In this document: in pieces, positions 11,205 to 23,534 of the stretch
How the letters are laid out: the number at the start of each line of letters is the position of its first letter
How positions within the stretch are numbered: the first letter of the stretch is position 1
DNA from: the human T2T-CHM13v2.0 reference genome, Homo sapiens
Reading direction: 5' to 3' (one strand)
DNA length: 64,000 nucleotides
Assembly: GCF_009914755.1 (NCBI RefSeq)
Contig: NC_060944.1
Notes under the pieces: model-generated
The model's input: only the letters and a program-made list of their open reading frames with translations
Told to the model about the DNA's origin: nothing
The model's database searches: none
Position numbers and translations under genes: made by a program

Positions 11205-13894
11205 ACCTAAGCAAAGTGAGTGAGGGACGCATTTTCAAAACACAAATCTGTTGGCTTAAAGTCTTCCTAGCACTTAAATGCATTTAATCCCTCTGAAAAA
11301 TGCTAGAGTAGACACAGTTTTTAAATTGACTTTTGTTTTTCTTTAACCTTTTGCTGATATTATATATAAGAAACTCACCTTATGCTTTAGGTTTAGAAAG
11401 TCAGGGTTGGAACTCAGACTTTGAAGATGTTGTGTGATATTATTTCTCTAAATTTCTACTACAATACTAAAGTCTCCTGATGTGTTATTTCACTTTTTGT
11501 CCTTTCTCTGAAATGCTCATTTTCCTCCTTTTCTGTAAAATATAATCTCAGGGAAGAAGTTTGTAAAAGCAGCTTTTAGCCTTTGCAAAGATATAGGTGG
11601 GCCTCTTGTACAATAATTTTTATAAGAGTTTGTTCTTTGCAAATGCAGATGCATCCTACTAAGCCACATACAAAAAAATCATCACAATGATGACAACAAC
11701 AAAGCCAATTTTCCAGATTCCACCTTTCTCCTTCCTCATCCTCTTCATGTTTGAATTTGTGCTGCCAAATTCTATAGAGCATTTTCAGATCCACTTGATT
11801 TACAGATTTGAGCTGAATTTCACTTGGAAAACTGACCATATGTCTGGCAGGCACCAGCGACCATTGGCAGTACTATAGGGTTGATACTAAACAGATGGGC
11901 TTTCTAGTTAGATGTGCTGTTTTTTCCACAATACATATGAGAAAGAAAAGAAGCCACTTTAATAATGTCTTGATTTTTCCACTGGTGTCAGAGTCATCAA
12001 TGATGCCCATTTATGTAGTCTTAATTTCAGCATCATTGCGTGCAGGGTGCCTTAGACAGCTAGAAGAAGCTTAATGACTTGGGAAATTTTGAGGCCCAAC
12101 TTCTGCCTAGATCTTAGAGAATCTTGTTATCTTTGGAATACAGATAGTGGATAAAAGACTTTTATAGTCCAAAAATAAATTATTAACACTATTTGTCAGG
12201 AATACATTCAAAGTTCTTAGTCCTGGGTTTATTGCTCAAACTATTTGACAGCTTTTGTGGGGTTATTGCAGTCTAGGCAGCAAGGTGTAAATAGCGGTTG
12301 TCTGATAGGTCTGTTTAGGAAAATCTAGCTAAACAACTGAATACGATTTCTTCCTGCAGAACTTCTCAGAGCCTATACTATGCTAATATGCACTGGGGCT
12401 CTCATGAAGAGGGTTTTAGTACAGACAGCATTTTCTAACTACTTTAATCCTCTCAGCATCTCCCTATGCTAGAGTTCCATGGAAAACACTTTGGGAAACA
12501 CCGGTGTCATGCCTAGATGGTAAACTGAAGAGCAGAGAGGCTGCGGCAGACCTGCCATTTACCAGCTGTGTGACCTTGAACGAGTGCTTTCGTGCTCTGA
12601 GCCTCTACTTTTTAAATGTAAAATGGAGCTGAAAATATAGGCCCTGCCTGTTAGGGTTGTTTGCCTGGAATGAACATGCAGAAGGTTTTGGTGGCCTCCC
12701 TTTGGGCATTAAAATATAAGTTCTCCTAAAATTAAGTATTTATTCAATTCACAATTTTCCAGGGGCCAATTATTCACTCTGAAGCTTAGCCAGGCTTTTG
12801 TCTTTTCTTCTCTGTGCTTCTTAGCACCTCCACTAACCAGTAAAGGAGAGAAAGGAGATGCCCTTTGAGTTAAGGGCTGCTGAGGGGGCAGCCAGAAGAA
12901 GCCATGGCCAACATGAGGTCTAGAGGTGGCTCGGGAATTGCAGTTACCTTCCACTGTCGGGAGTCAGTGGGACAGCTCCAGGCCATTGTTAAAAACCATT
13001 GCCCTGCATTTGATTCTGCTTCCATTTTTGTATCATGGGATCAATCCACTCATTCATTTATTCACTCGCTCACTCATTTATTCAACCCACCTGCCAGGCA
13101 CTGTGCTAGGTGCCGGAGGAGGAAGCGGACCCTAAGTCTAGGAATTGCATTGTGCAGTTGTTGAGGTCTCTGTTTCCCCTATACTGGAAAAGTCAGCAGT
13201 TAGTCCATCAAACAAGGGCTATAATCAGATTACAGATTTTGATGAATGAACTTGCAGGGCTGTAGAAAAAAGCCTATAAGCTTTTAGGAATAGAGCCATA
13301 GGCATTTAGCAGTATTTTCTTCCCTTTTTTGAATAAATTCACTCCTTTTTTTTTTTTTTTGCATCCCTCCCTGCCCTCCACCCAACACCAGCAAGCAGTT
13401 TATTCCTCCATTATAAGCAGTGTGACTATAAGACACTTGTCAAATGGTCTCACTTTGTCCTTGGATGGTATGACCCTTGTTTTGTTTTTATTGATCAGCA
13501 CACCCAAAATATCATGCTCTTCAGTCATTACTTAGGAATTTTCTAGGGGTGGAGGAGGTCAAACCAAGAACTTTTACATTTGGGAGATTGAAATCTATTT
13601 CTAAAACTTGATTTTGGAGGTTCAGCTCCATTCTGGTGGTCACTCTCTGAAAATGCCCAGCACTTTTTCTGTAGATGGCTGTCAAGCCACATCTCTTGCA
13701 GCCTGGCCACAGGCAATTGGTTTTTCAGTGCTCAGTGCTTCCGTGTGTGGTTATTGTATGTTGCTTTAAAGGTTAACTTCTTCCTCCTCCCAGCCCTATT
13801 TCTCCTTCCTCCTCCCAGATCTTAGACAGCAGTGTTATCATCTGCTCTGTGTCATCTAGCACAGGACTGGGAGAGGGGCGGAGTTGTCAAAGAG

Positions 13895-14135
13895 GCTGTG
13901 GGGTTAAGATCAGGGCTTTTACAGCAGATGACCTGAGTTCTAAGCTCCACTCTGTCGCTAACTAGCATGTGCCCTGGGGTAATTATTTCACATCTGTGTG
14001 CCTCCATTGTCCTCATCTGTAATGTAGGTGATGAAAATAGTTCTTTGCTTGCTAGGGTCTTGATGGAATACAATGAGCAAATTCATGCCAGGTGCTCAGC
14101 ACTGAGCCTGTTGCACAGCAAATGCTCAGTAGATG
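13895..14135 (+). mobile_element. MIR SINE
   Basis: ctgtgtgcctccattgtcctcatctgtaatgtaggtgatgaaaatag...gcaaatgctcagtagatg. Confidence 0.7.
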
Positions 14136-14537
14136 CTTCCGTTGCTGATGACAGTGATGACAAAAACAAACCTTCGTATTCCTTGGCTCTTCCATATGTG
14201 TGAGTGCCCCCATCCTCTGCCTTCCTGCCTTCAGCCTTGTTCCCCCTACAGTCTGCCATCCTCACCGAGATTCCATGTGGTCTTCTCACAAGGCTGAACT
14301 TGCTCCAGGTCCCTCAATGACTCCACATTGTCCCCAGGACTCTTATCACAGCCACACAGCTCTTCTTGGTCAGGTCCCCACACGCCTTCCTAAGCTCACC
14401 TATGTCAACTCTGTTCCATAGACCATAAGCTCCAGCCTAAGGGTCCTCAAGTTCCAGTGCACAGACCCACACCAGCAAATTAAGAACACTAAGAGCAATG
14501 CAGTTGGGTTTTCATTTACGAATGTAGAATCAATTAA

Positions 14538-14807
14538 TTTTTTTAAGAGACAGGGTCTTGCTCTGTTGCCCAGGCTGGAGCACAGTGGTGCAATTCACTG
14601 TAACCTGGAATTCCTGAGCTCAAGCAATCCTCCTGCCTCAGCCTCCTGAGTTGCTGGGACTACAGGTGTGCATAACCACACCGAGCTAATTTTTTTTTCC
14701 TTCGTTTTTGTAGAGACAGGGTCTCACTACGTTGCCCAGGCTGGGCTTGAACTCATGCCCTCAAGCAGCCCTCCTGCATTGGCTTCCCAAGCCACTGAGC
14801 CCAGGCC
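14538..14807 (-). mobile_element. AluJ (internal deletion near its 5' end)
   Basis: gagacagggtcttgctctgttgcccaggctggag...gctcaagcaatcctcctgcctcagcc. Confidence 0.88.
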
Positions 14808-16738
14808 TAAAAATTCTGTTTGTTTGTTTTTTTCTGAGACTATATTTTTTCTATTATGTGTACTAAGTTGTGATGAACATAGATGATTGCTTTGTGTAGT
14901 GTGTGTGTGTGTTGGCCATTACTGCCATAATGAACATTAGCATATCTGTGTGGATCCCAATTTTATATGTGGAAATTTTACTGGGTTTCTGAGCCTTAGA
15001 GACTGGGGACCTCAGACCTAGCTTCCCCAAATGACTCCCCATTCCCCAAACACCATGTACTGCCATGCATTTATGAATTTGCACGTTTTACTAAAATCCT
15101 ACTCAACCTCTAATACCCAACTCAATTATCACTACCTACTACCTCCCCTAGCTTCTAGTAGCCTTCTTAGAGTTATCCCACCCTCAAGCAGGAAAAGTTG
15201 CTTCCTCTGCTATTATAATCCTCTTTCTTGATTCTTCCTGGTGGTTCCAGGTACCTTAGTTTTCTCAGTGGTCACTGAGTCCCCCGGGAGAGAGGGTACC
15301 TAGCACCACTTTGTCCCTCAGGCCTAACACTGTGCTTTGTTCAAAGACAATGGTCTCCACGTATTGGTGTTACAGGTAAGGACTCAAAGAAGAAATAGAG
15401 GTCATATCTCAGCTTCTTATTTGCTTCTATTGTGGCTCATGTCACATTATGAGGTTGCCTTACACTTTCTGTGTTCCTTCTTTTCTCCTCCATAAATACA
15501 TGAGCTTCATGCAGCGGGAAACTGCAGGCATGTTGATGGAATTTACTGCTCTGTCAAAACTCAGAGCAGTCCTGACACACAGCAGGCCCTCAGCCGATAT
15601 GATGAATGGGTTTGTGAGTGAATGAATAAAACAAACAAGGAAAAAATTATTTTGCAATATTATCTGATAGAGATGGCACCTTTCTTCTCTAAGAAATCAG
15701 CCATGTAGCACATGGCACTGAGTACCTGACCTCACTCCCCCAGAGATATGGGGCTTTCCTTCCAATATGTTTTTGGGGAATTTCGTGAAGTGGAAGGATA
15801 AGATAAGATATCTTAGTGGATGAAAGATGAGGATGAAAAAATACCTGATGTCACTAAAGGGTGGACATCAAAGTCAGATGGACGAGGAACAGACCCTGGC
15901 TCCAGCGTTTGGCAGCCCTGCACTCCGGATTCACAGGGTCGAGCAGGTGTTTATTTGGGCAGCCCCTGGGTGCCAGGAACCAGCAAAGATGCGAGACCCA
16001 GCAACAAGCACGAGAGTGACGGTTCTCATTGTCATGGAGCTTATGTTTGTTCTCATGGGAAATGCAGATGACAGTCAATAAATAGTGAATCCCAGGGCAC
16101 AATCTGAGAGTAATCAGAGCTAGGATGGAAGGAAATGTGAATAAAGGGATTGGCCCTGCACCAGGCATGGAAATTAGCCTGTAAGCTCCATGAGGTCAGT
16201 GTTCCGTCAGTCCTAGAACAGTTCTTGCCTCATAGCTCTGTGTGGCTGTTGATGGGGGAAAGGGATGGAGTTAGTTACCCAGGGACAAGTATACCAGCTA
16301 CTGTGAGCCTGAGAGAGGCCTGGGAGAGGGCTGGCTGGAGTTGCCAAAGAGGCTGGAGCTTGTCCCTTGAGTTGCAAGCATGTGACATCAGCAGGGGAGG
16401 GCCAGCTGCCCCATCCATCATCTGAGGACTGAGGCTGTGTGTAGCACTTCCTCACACAGATGCCAGGTGTGACAGACATTTCCCATTAATTAACCTCTAA
16501 TGCCTCAGAGGTGGCAGAGGTGCAGTGGAACCTGGCACTACTGTTATTCAGAGGCTGGGGGGTGGCTGCTAATGTGTTTGCACCTTCCAGAGTCTCTCCA
16601 GTGTGAGAAGGCAGTTCCTCAGGAACTGCAGGGAGAGACGGGGAGAGAATTCCTGGAGTGGGGGGAGGTGCTCCCATCTGTCCCTTCCCTCTGTGGACAG
16701 GTGTGCATGGGCCACATGCACCCGCCCACAGATGGCAT

Positions 16739-16871
16739 CCCACCCATGCAGGTGCACACCCACCCACGCCCATGCACACTGGCTCCGCAGGTGCTCACCC
16801 GCCCACCCGTGTAGGTGCACACCCACCCATGCCCATGCATGCTGGCTCTGCAGTTGCTCACCCACCCACCC
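16739..16871. repeat. 63-bp tandem duplication within a CACCC-rich low-complexity tract (~16700-16970)
   Basis: cccacccatgcaggtgcacacccacccacgcccatgcacactggctccgcaggtgctcacccg x2 (diverged). Confidence 0.85.
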
Positions 16872-17741
16872 TCAGAGATACACACCTACCCACTCTGTGC
16901 ACACCTGCCCACCAGCATCCGCAGGCCACACCGTGCCGTGGATGACCACACCTGCCCCGCTGTACACCTGCAGTGATGGGCTCATGTCCTCTGCCCTTGG
17001 AGGGGTTTGTAAGTAGTTTTCTCTGAGCAGCACTATTTTGAAGTTTCTCTTCTTGGGCGGAGAGTCATAGCTCTCACAAGCCCTCCCCTGGCACAGTCCT
17101 GGGCTTGAGCCACCCCAGGGAAGGCAGAGGGGAGAGGGAATTTCCTCCCAAGGGGGATGCAGAGCAGCACAGCCTGGGGCCCCTGGGCATGGGGTCTTCA
17201 CTCCTCTGATGACAGTTGAGCCCCTTGAGGAGCTGCTTAGACTAAGGCATCTGTCCTGGTCAATGCATTGGATTTTTGGTTTAGGAGCAAAGGGTCTTTT
17301 GAGCTGAAGACCCTCTAGTGGCTCCCTGCTGAATTCTGAATCAGGTTCAAGTCCCTGACTACGACCCTGCCTGCCTCCCCAGCACATCCACGCCTCTCAA
17401 CCACTGTTTCCTCCTGTCTTGGACAGCCTGCCCCTTTCCCATCATAGCCCCTGTCCTGTTCCCCACTGGGGCGGCCCTCTGGAGCACCCAGTGCTGACCC
17501 TGTCACAGTCGGTCAGTCGACACCTGCCCTCGAGGCTCCCTGAGGAGGCCCTGGGTCCTGTCCTTCCTCGCGTCTGTGGGGATCCTGGTTCAGGGCTCTC
17601 TATGTCCCCCTGGCACGTGCCTGAGCTGTTGCTGGCACTGGAGATACAGCTGCAAACATCCATCAAGGGCCTGCAGTCAGGAGCTTCAGCTCGGGGCATG
17701 GGCAGGAGGAGTGGAGACAACTACAAACAGGTAAACAAATG

Positions 17742-17862
17742 AGTGTGTGCGTGCATGTGCGTGTGTGTGTGTCTGTGTGCGTGCATGTGTGCGTGTATGT
17801 GCGTGCATGTGCATGTGTGTGTCTCTGTGTGCATGTGTGTGTGCGTGTGTGTGCATGCACAC
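17742..17862. repeat. Imperfect (TG)n / alternating purine-pyrimidine tract (Z-DNA prone)
   Basis: Direct reading; 6 TGCATG copies embedded. Confidence 0.93.
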
Positions 17863-18098
17863 CAGCTGATACCTGTGATGAGAAAAATAAAGAGGAAGGC
17901 AAGAAATAGTGAGGAGTGCCATCCCACATGGGGTGAGCCAGGACTGTCTAAATTCATACCTTTATTCATTGTTCATCTCCTGCAGGTGAGTACAGCCCCA
18001 CAAAGGCAGGCATCGTCTCTTTTGTTCACCTCTGCACACCCTGTGCCTATTAGGATACATGGCACATGGTTGGTGTCAGTACGTATTTGTTGAAAGGT

Positions 18099-18125
18099 GG
18101 AGTGAGTGAGTGAGTGAGTGAGTGA
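18099..18125. repeat. (GAGT)n microsatellite at an L2 tail
   Basis: ggcacatggttggtgtcagtacgtatttgttgaa (L2 3' end) followed by gagtgagtgagt... Confidence 0.85.
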
Positions 18126-19605
18126 ATTCTTAAAGGGAGAGAGGAGTGCAGTCTCCTCAGTGGCCAAAGTGCTCCCTCGCCAGCCCTCAGCTCTGCTGTG
18201 AGGACCACTGTGTGTCAGAGACGGGGTGGGAACCCCAGAACCTGCTCCAGCCACTAGGGCAGAAGTGGGGGGAGGCAGCTGATTAAAATAGTGCAGGTAG
18301 TGACGGTGGTCCTGGCAGTGATGGTGGTAGGGAGGGGGAGGCGCCACTGCCCCTCCTGCCCACCTTCCACCAGTGGAAGCAGTCACATAGCCACAGCAAG
18401 AAGGAGACACCATACCCCCCAGCAAGGCCCTGGCAAAGGGGATGCAGGGAGTCAATGCTTCAACCTCCTGTTAGTAAGTGGCAGGGCCAGGAGGGGAGCC
18501 TGGGGTGCCTGGTCCCAGCCCCCATGTTCTTCACAGCTACGTCACACTGGCTTCCATGGCACATGGCAAGCACTAATGCACAATAAGGATGATAATAAGG
18601 GGGAGGGAGCAGCAGAGCACAGAGAGCTGCACAAGTTTAGTGATTAACTTGGATTTTGTCCTAAATGAGAAGGGAAGCGAGCAGGAAGTGATAGGGTTAG
18701 AGCTCTATTTCTAAGACATCGGATCACAGGAAGACCAGTTGCTGGGGCAGGGATGCTGGTACTGGACCAGGGTTGTTATGATGCAGGTGGCAAAGAAAGT
18801 TGGGTTCAGGGTCTGATCTGTAGTTTATTCTGTGTGCTACTCCGTTTTGCCTTGGCTGCTAGGAAGCTCAGGGCACACAAATACCCTCCTCTGGAGCCCA
18901 TGTGGTGTCTGTCGTGGGGACCCACCTAACTCCTTGATGCTGTGGCCCTCAGCAGACCCTGATTCCTCCAGATCCTTCCTGACACTCCCTTCATCCTTCA
19001 GCTGTGTATGTGTGTTTCTGGTGATTGCTGCCGATCCTTTGTGAAGGAGGTGAGATATAAATAAAGCAATGATTATGCTCCATCCTCGTCTCCTCTGCTC
19101 ATCCCTGGAGATCTTCGTCTTCATCTTCAGCTGAGCTTGGAGGCTTGGGGAGACCTAGCCCATCCTTCCCCTCGTGCAAAGCATGCTCAGGACAGCAGGC
19201 TTTCCCAGGGCCATGTGGAGTCACAGTCTTGCTCCCATCTGGTGTCTGTAGGTGGAGGAAGGAAAGGAGAGGATGAGAACATGGAATGCATTGTCTCTGA
19301 GAAGAGAAGGATCCCTGTACATCCCTCTGCCTCCCGTGGCCTTGGGGAGAGGGTGGCCGGGAGGATCTGTGGTTAATTGGTGTTCTGCAGCTGCCCTGGT
19401 TCCACACATTTCCTGGGCTCCCACTGGGTACCAGGCACTAGGTGCTGGGGTCGCCTCAAAAACACAGTGGAGGATGCCATTGCTGTAGCTCCCTTAATGG
19501 TTTGCAGAGCCCAGAATGTCAAACAAGACATTCCTGGGCTTGTCTTTCCCCATGGGGCTGCTTTGTGGAGCATCTGTGGACACAGCACCTAGCACAGTTA
19601 ACACT

Positions 19606-20008
19606 TGTATTAGTCCGTTTTCATACTGCTACAAAGTGCCCCCGATAAAACAAAAAAGAACTGCCCAAGACTGCATGATTTATAAAAGAAAGAAGTTTAA
19701 TTGGCTCAAAGTTTAGCATGGTTGGGGAAGCCTCAGAAAACTTACAATCATGGCAGAAGGTGAAGGGGAAGCAAGGCACCTTCTTCACAAGGCAGCAGGA
19801 AGGAGAAGTGCAGGGCGAAGGGGGAGGAGCCTCCCTTATAAAACCAACAGATCTCAAGAGAACTCACTCAATATCATGCGGACAGCATGGGGGAAACCAC
19901 CTCCCTGATCCAATCACCTCCACCTGGTCTTTCTCTTGACACATGGAGATTATGGGGATTATAATTCAAGATGAGATTTGGGTGGGGACACAAAGCCTAA
20001 CCATATCA
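19606..20008 (-). mobile_element. THE1 (THE1D-like) MaLR solo LTR
   Basis: TGTATTAGTCCGTTTTCA...CAAAGCCTAACCATATCA; near-TSD ACACT/GCACT. Confidence 0.9.
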
Positions 20009-20582
20009 GCACTCTATTAGTAATGCCTGGAGAGAATGACCTCATGCCCCAACCCACCTAGGGTGGGCCTGGTTTATCCTCTTGTCTTGGTGTCCCATCC
20101 TTCTGTGTTCTGCTTTGGGTCCCCTCGATGCAGCTTTGGAAGGTGAGAGGGGCCTCTGGAGTCAGGGTGCTCAAGGTCCTGCCCTGCCACAGCATTTCCC
20201 AGCTCTGAGACCAACAAAAAAATGGCTCAGGGCTCTGATCTTCAGTTTGTTCATCTGTAAAATGGATATAAAATGGAATGATCTCTAGCTCATAGATTTA
20301 TTGTGAAGGTAAAATAGGACAATGCCTTAGGATAGTCCTGGCCCTGCACAGGCAGTGACCAGCGTTTACTCCATCATCATTATTCTATTGCTCATATCAT
20401 AGAAATTATTATAATATAAATTTTGACCAAAAGTTACCTGCACTGGCATGGTATGTTAATCAGAGTGATGATAAAGTCTAGACATATAGATAATATTATT
20501 TTACATGGATGATAACATGAACTATTAATAAACTGTGTATTGTGGATGTTTATCTTTGTTTTCAGATTGTTTTTCATTTTAA

Positions 20583-20862
20583 TTTTTTTTTAGAGACAGG
20601 GTCTCTCTCTCTGTAGCCCAGGCTGGAGTACAGGTGCAAATCATAGCTCACTGCAGTCTTGACCTCCTAGGCTCAAGTGATCCTCCTGTCTCCGACTCTT
20701 AAGTAGCATGCACCACCATGCCTGGGGAATTTCCAAAAATTTTTTTGTAGAGGTGGAGTCTCTGTGTTACCCAGGCTGGTCTCAAACTCTTGGGATCAAG
20801 GGATCCTCTAGCCTTGGCATCCCAAAGCATTACGATTACAGGCATGAGCCACTGTACTGGCC
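20583..20862 (-). mobile_element. AluJ
   Basis: tagagacagggtctc...atcatagctcactgcagtcttgacctcctaggctcaagtgatcc. Confidence 0.88.
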
Positions 20863-21962
20863 TTCCCAGAATTTATGACCACACTGAGTCCTCCCCTCAA
20901 CCTTACCTATCAGGGATGATTATCATGGCATCTTTTTTTTTTATCAACAGATGTGGAAACCGAGGCTCCAAGGGGCCGGGTGGCTTACTCAAAGGCCCTG
21001 GGTTAGAGACAGGTGCAGCCCTTTGGAAGCCAGACCCCGTGGAAGCTCTAGAGGCTGCCAGGCAGGCCGCCTGTCACTGGGGGCACAGAGGTCACTGCCA
21101 TGTGGGGCCTTGGGCCCTCGGGTGCTGCCTCATATGGCTCTTCTCAGGCTGAGCTCTGCAGAGCCCAGATTCAGAGCAGGCCGTCCTGGGCCTCCTTGGG
21201 GCAGCCAGTGGCATGCATGGGTGCCTTAGGTGGGAAATGCGGGAGTGTGACCCCTTCCCTGGGTCTGAGGGGCCTGGCCCATCATAATCCCCGGCCCCTT
21301 GGACACTGGTAATGCCCCTTCCCCTCGAACACTGGTGGTCTCCTTCCCTGTCCTCTCTGACAAAGGTGACCTCCTTCCTCAGGTGAGCCCTTGTGTTAGC
21401 CACACCGTCCAGCCCTTCTCCCTGCATGTCCATGCTTCCTGGGGCTCTGAGGTCTGCATCAGCTTAGGGCTCCCAGCCCCTTCCACAGGTAACAAGGCAA
21501 ATTCACCTGCTGGCTGTGGAACTGACCACGCGCTGACCATGGGAGGCTGAGCCAGCTGTCGGGGAGTGTGTATGTTCGCAGGGCGAGGGGTCCTGGCAGA
21601 GGTCTGGGCTCCTGTGGTAGCAGCCGTGCTGGGGAGCACCCCACGGGTCTGCGATCTTCCTCCCCCAGCGACACTGGGAGGTTAAATCGGAGCCTGGTTG
21701 GGACTCAGGTCCTTGTTGCTGCCAGAAGAAACGTCCCTTCCCTGTCCCAGGAGGCATCTGGGGCAATGTGCTCATCTATTCTCAGTCCTGCCTGGGTGAC
21801 GGCCTGAACTCTGCTCTACACTGTGACCCTAGGATGGAGGTGACGCTGGCTTACTTTGTGAGCTTCTCTAACTTTACCATTTTGTTAGTTGCATTTTGTT
21901 TCATTCTAACTAATCTTTCCTACTAAGGGACACACGGCTTGTGCTACAAAAACAGCCTGTGA

Positions 21963-22326
<364 letters not shown>

Positions 22327-22720
22327 CCGGGGTTCCCCATTTCTTTGGAGGGCCCACAGACATTTTCTCTCCACACACCAGTGTGTGCCTGTATACCACC
22401 CCTGTTCGCACACTGGTGGCATGTGCGTGTGAATTTGTGCGCTGGGGTTTTCTTTGGCCTGTTTATCTCAGATCAGTTTCCTGTCCGTGCTTGGAGATCC
22501 ACTTTCTTTCTTTCTGCATCTGCACACAGGTGGTTGACAGGACAGACGATGACTTACCCAGTCCCCCTGTGGACGGGTATGTAGGTCGGTATGAGTCTCT
22601 TTTACAACAAACAGCACTGCCATGAGCTTCCTAGGACGTTCATCTTCACGTGTCCCAGAGTCTACAAACATGGCCGTTTCATGGACAAGGAAGGGGTCCA
22701 GGAGCACTGCTTCCTCTGCC

Positions 22721-22751
22721 TGCTCACAGACGTGCTCACAGACGTGCTCAC
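22721..22751. repeat. 12-bp tandem (TGCTCACAGACG) x2.6
   Basis: Direct reading. Confidence 0.85.
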
Positions 22752-23372
22752 TCTGCAGCCGTTTGCTCAGAATTCTCACCGGCCTGGCTCTGCGTTGGGT
22801 TCCAAGGCTGCCCCAGGCCTGGGCTCTACCCTAGAAGAGGTGGCAGCCTGGTGGGAGGGCAGGCAGGCAGAGGTCTTTGCGGCTCATTGGTGCCTGCATA
22901 GGTAGCTTCATGGGCGTAAGACAAGGGAGTGACCCTGTCTGGGACAAGAGGAAGGTAAAGACTCTGGACAAAGTCCTATTCAATGGAGGAGCTGAAGTTT
23001 ATGAGGCAGAGAAGCGGCTGGGAGGGAGAGCAGCGTGGGTGGAGGGCAGAGCACGAGCAAGGGTCCTGGGCAGGCAGCGTTTCATGCTGGAATTAGGAAC
23101 ATCTTCACACGTGGCGCGTCATATGGCGGAAGGCGAAGGCTTCTGGTGGCCGTGAGTGGGTCGCAGGAGGGAGGGTCTCACAGAGGGAAATTCAGCGCAC
23201 GCTGCTGAGCTGCTGCGGCCACTGTGGGTGCACTGCTGGACAACCATCCTGGGGTCCAGGCTTTGGGGGGATCACTGGTGACCCCTTAGGGTGAGAGGTC
23301 ATCACCTTGGGCCCCCAGGAGTCACATAGGTTTGGTGGCCACTTGAGGACCCCCTTGGTTTTCGTCTTCCAG

Positions 23373-23534
23373 ATGAGATGGACCAAACGCCCCCGGCGCG
23401 TCCTGAATATCTGGTCTCAGGGATTCGAACTCCCCCTGTGAGGAGGAACAGCAAACTGGCCACCCTGGGCAGGATCTTCAAACCCTGGAAATGGAGGAAA
23501 AAGAAAAACGAAAAACTGAAGCAGACAACGTCAG
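23373..23534 (+). CDS. PHACTR3: PHACTR3 coding exon 2 (162 nt, phase 1-1): (D)EMDQTPPARPEYLVSGIRTPPVRRNSKLATLGRIFKPWKWRKKKNEKLKQTTS; contains the ATG at 23378 (short-isoform start) and the basic NLS
   Basis: Acceptor ttttcgtcttccAG at 23371-72, donor TCAG|GTAAAG at 23535; conserved PHACTR motif GRIFKPWKWRKKK. Confidence 0.97.

Noticed and set aside
17663-18093. His/Thr- and Cys/Val-rich ORFs (also ~32400-32800)
   Set aside because: Translations of (TG/CA)n-type simple repeats.
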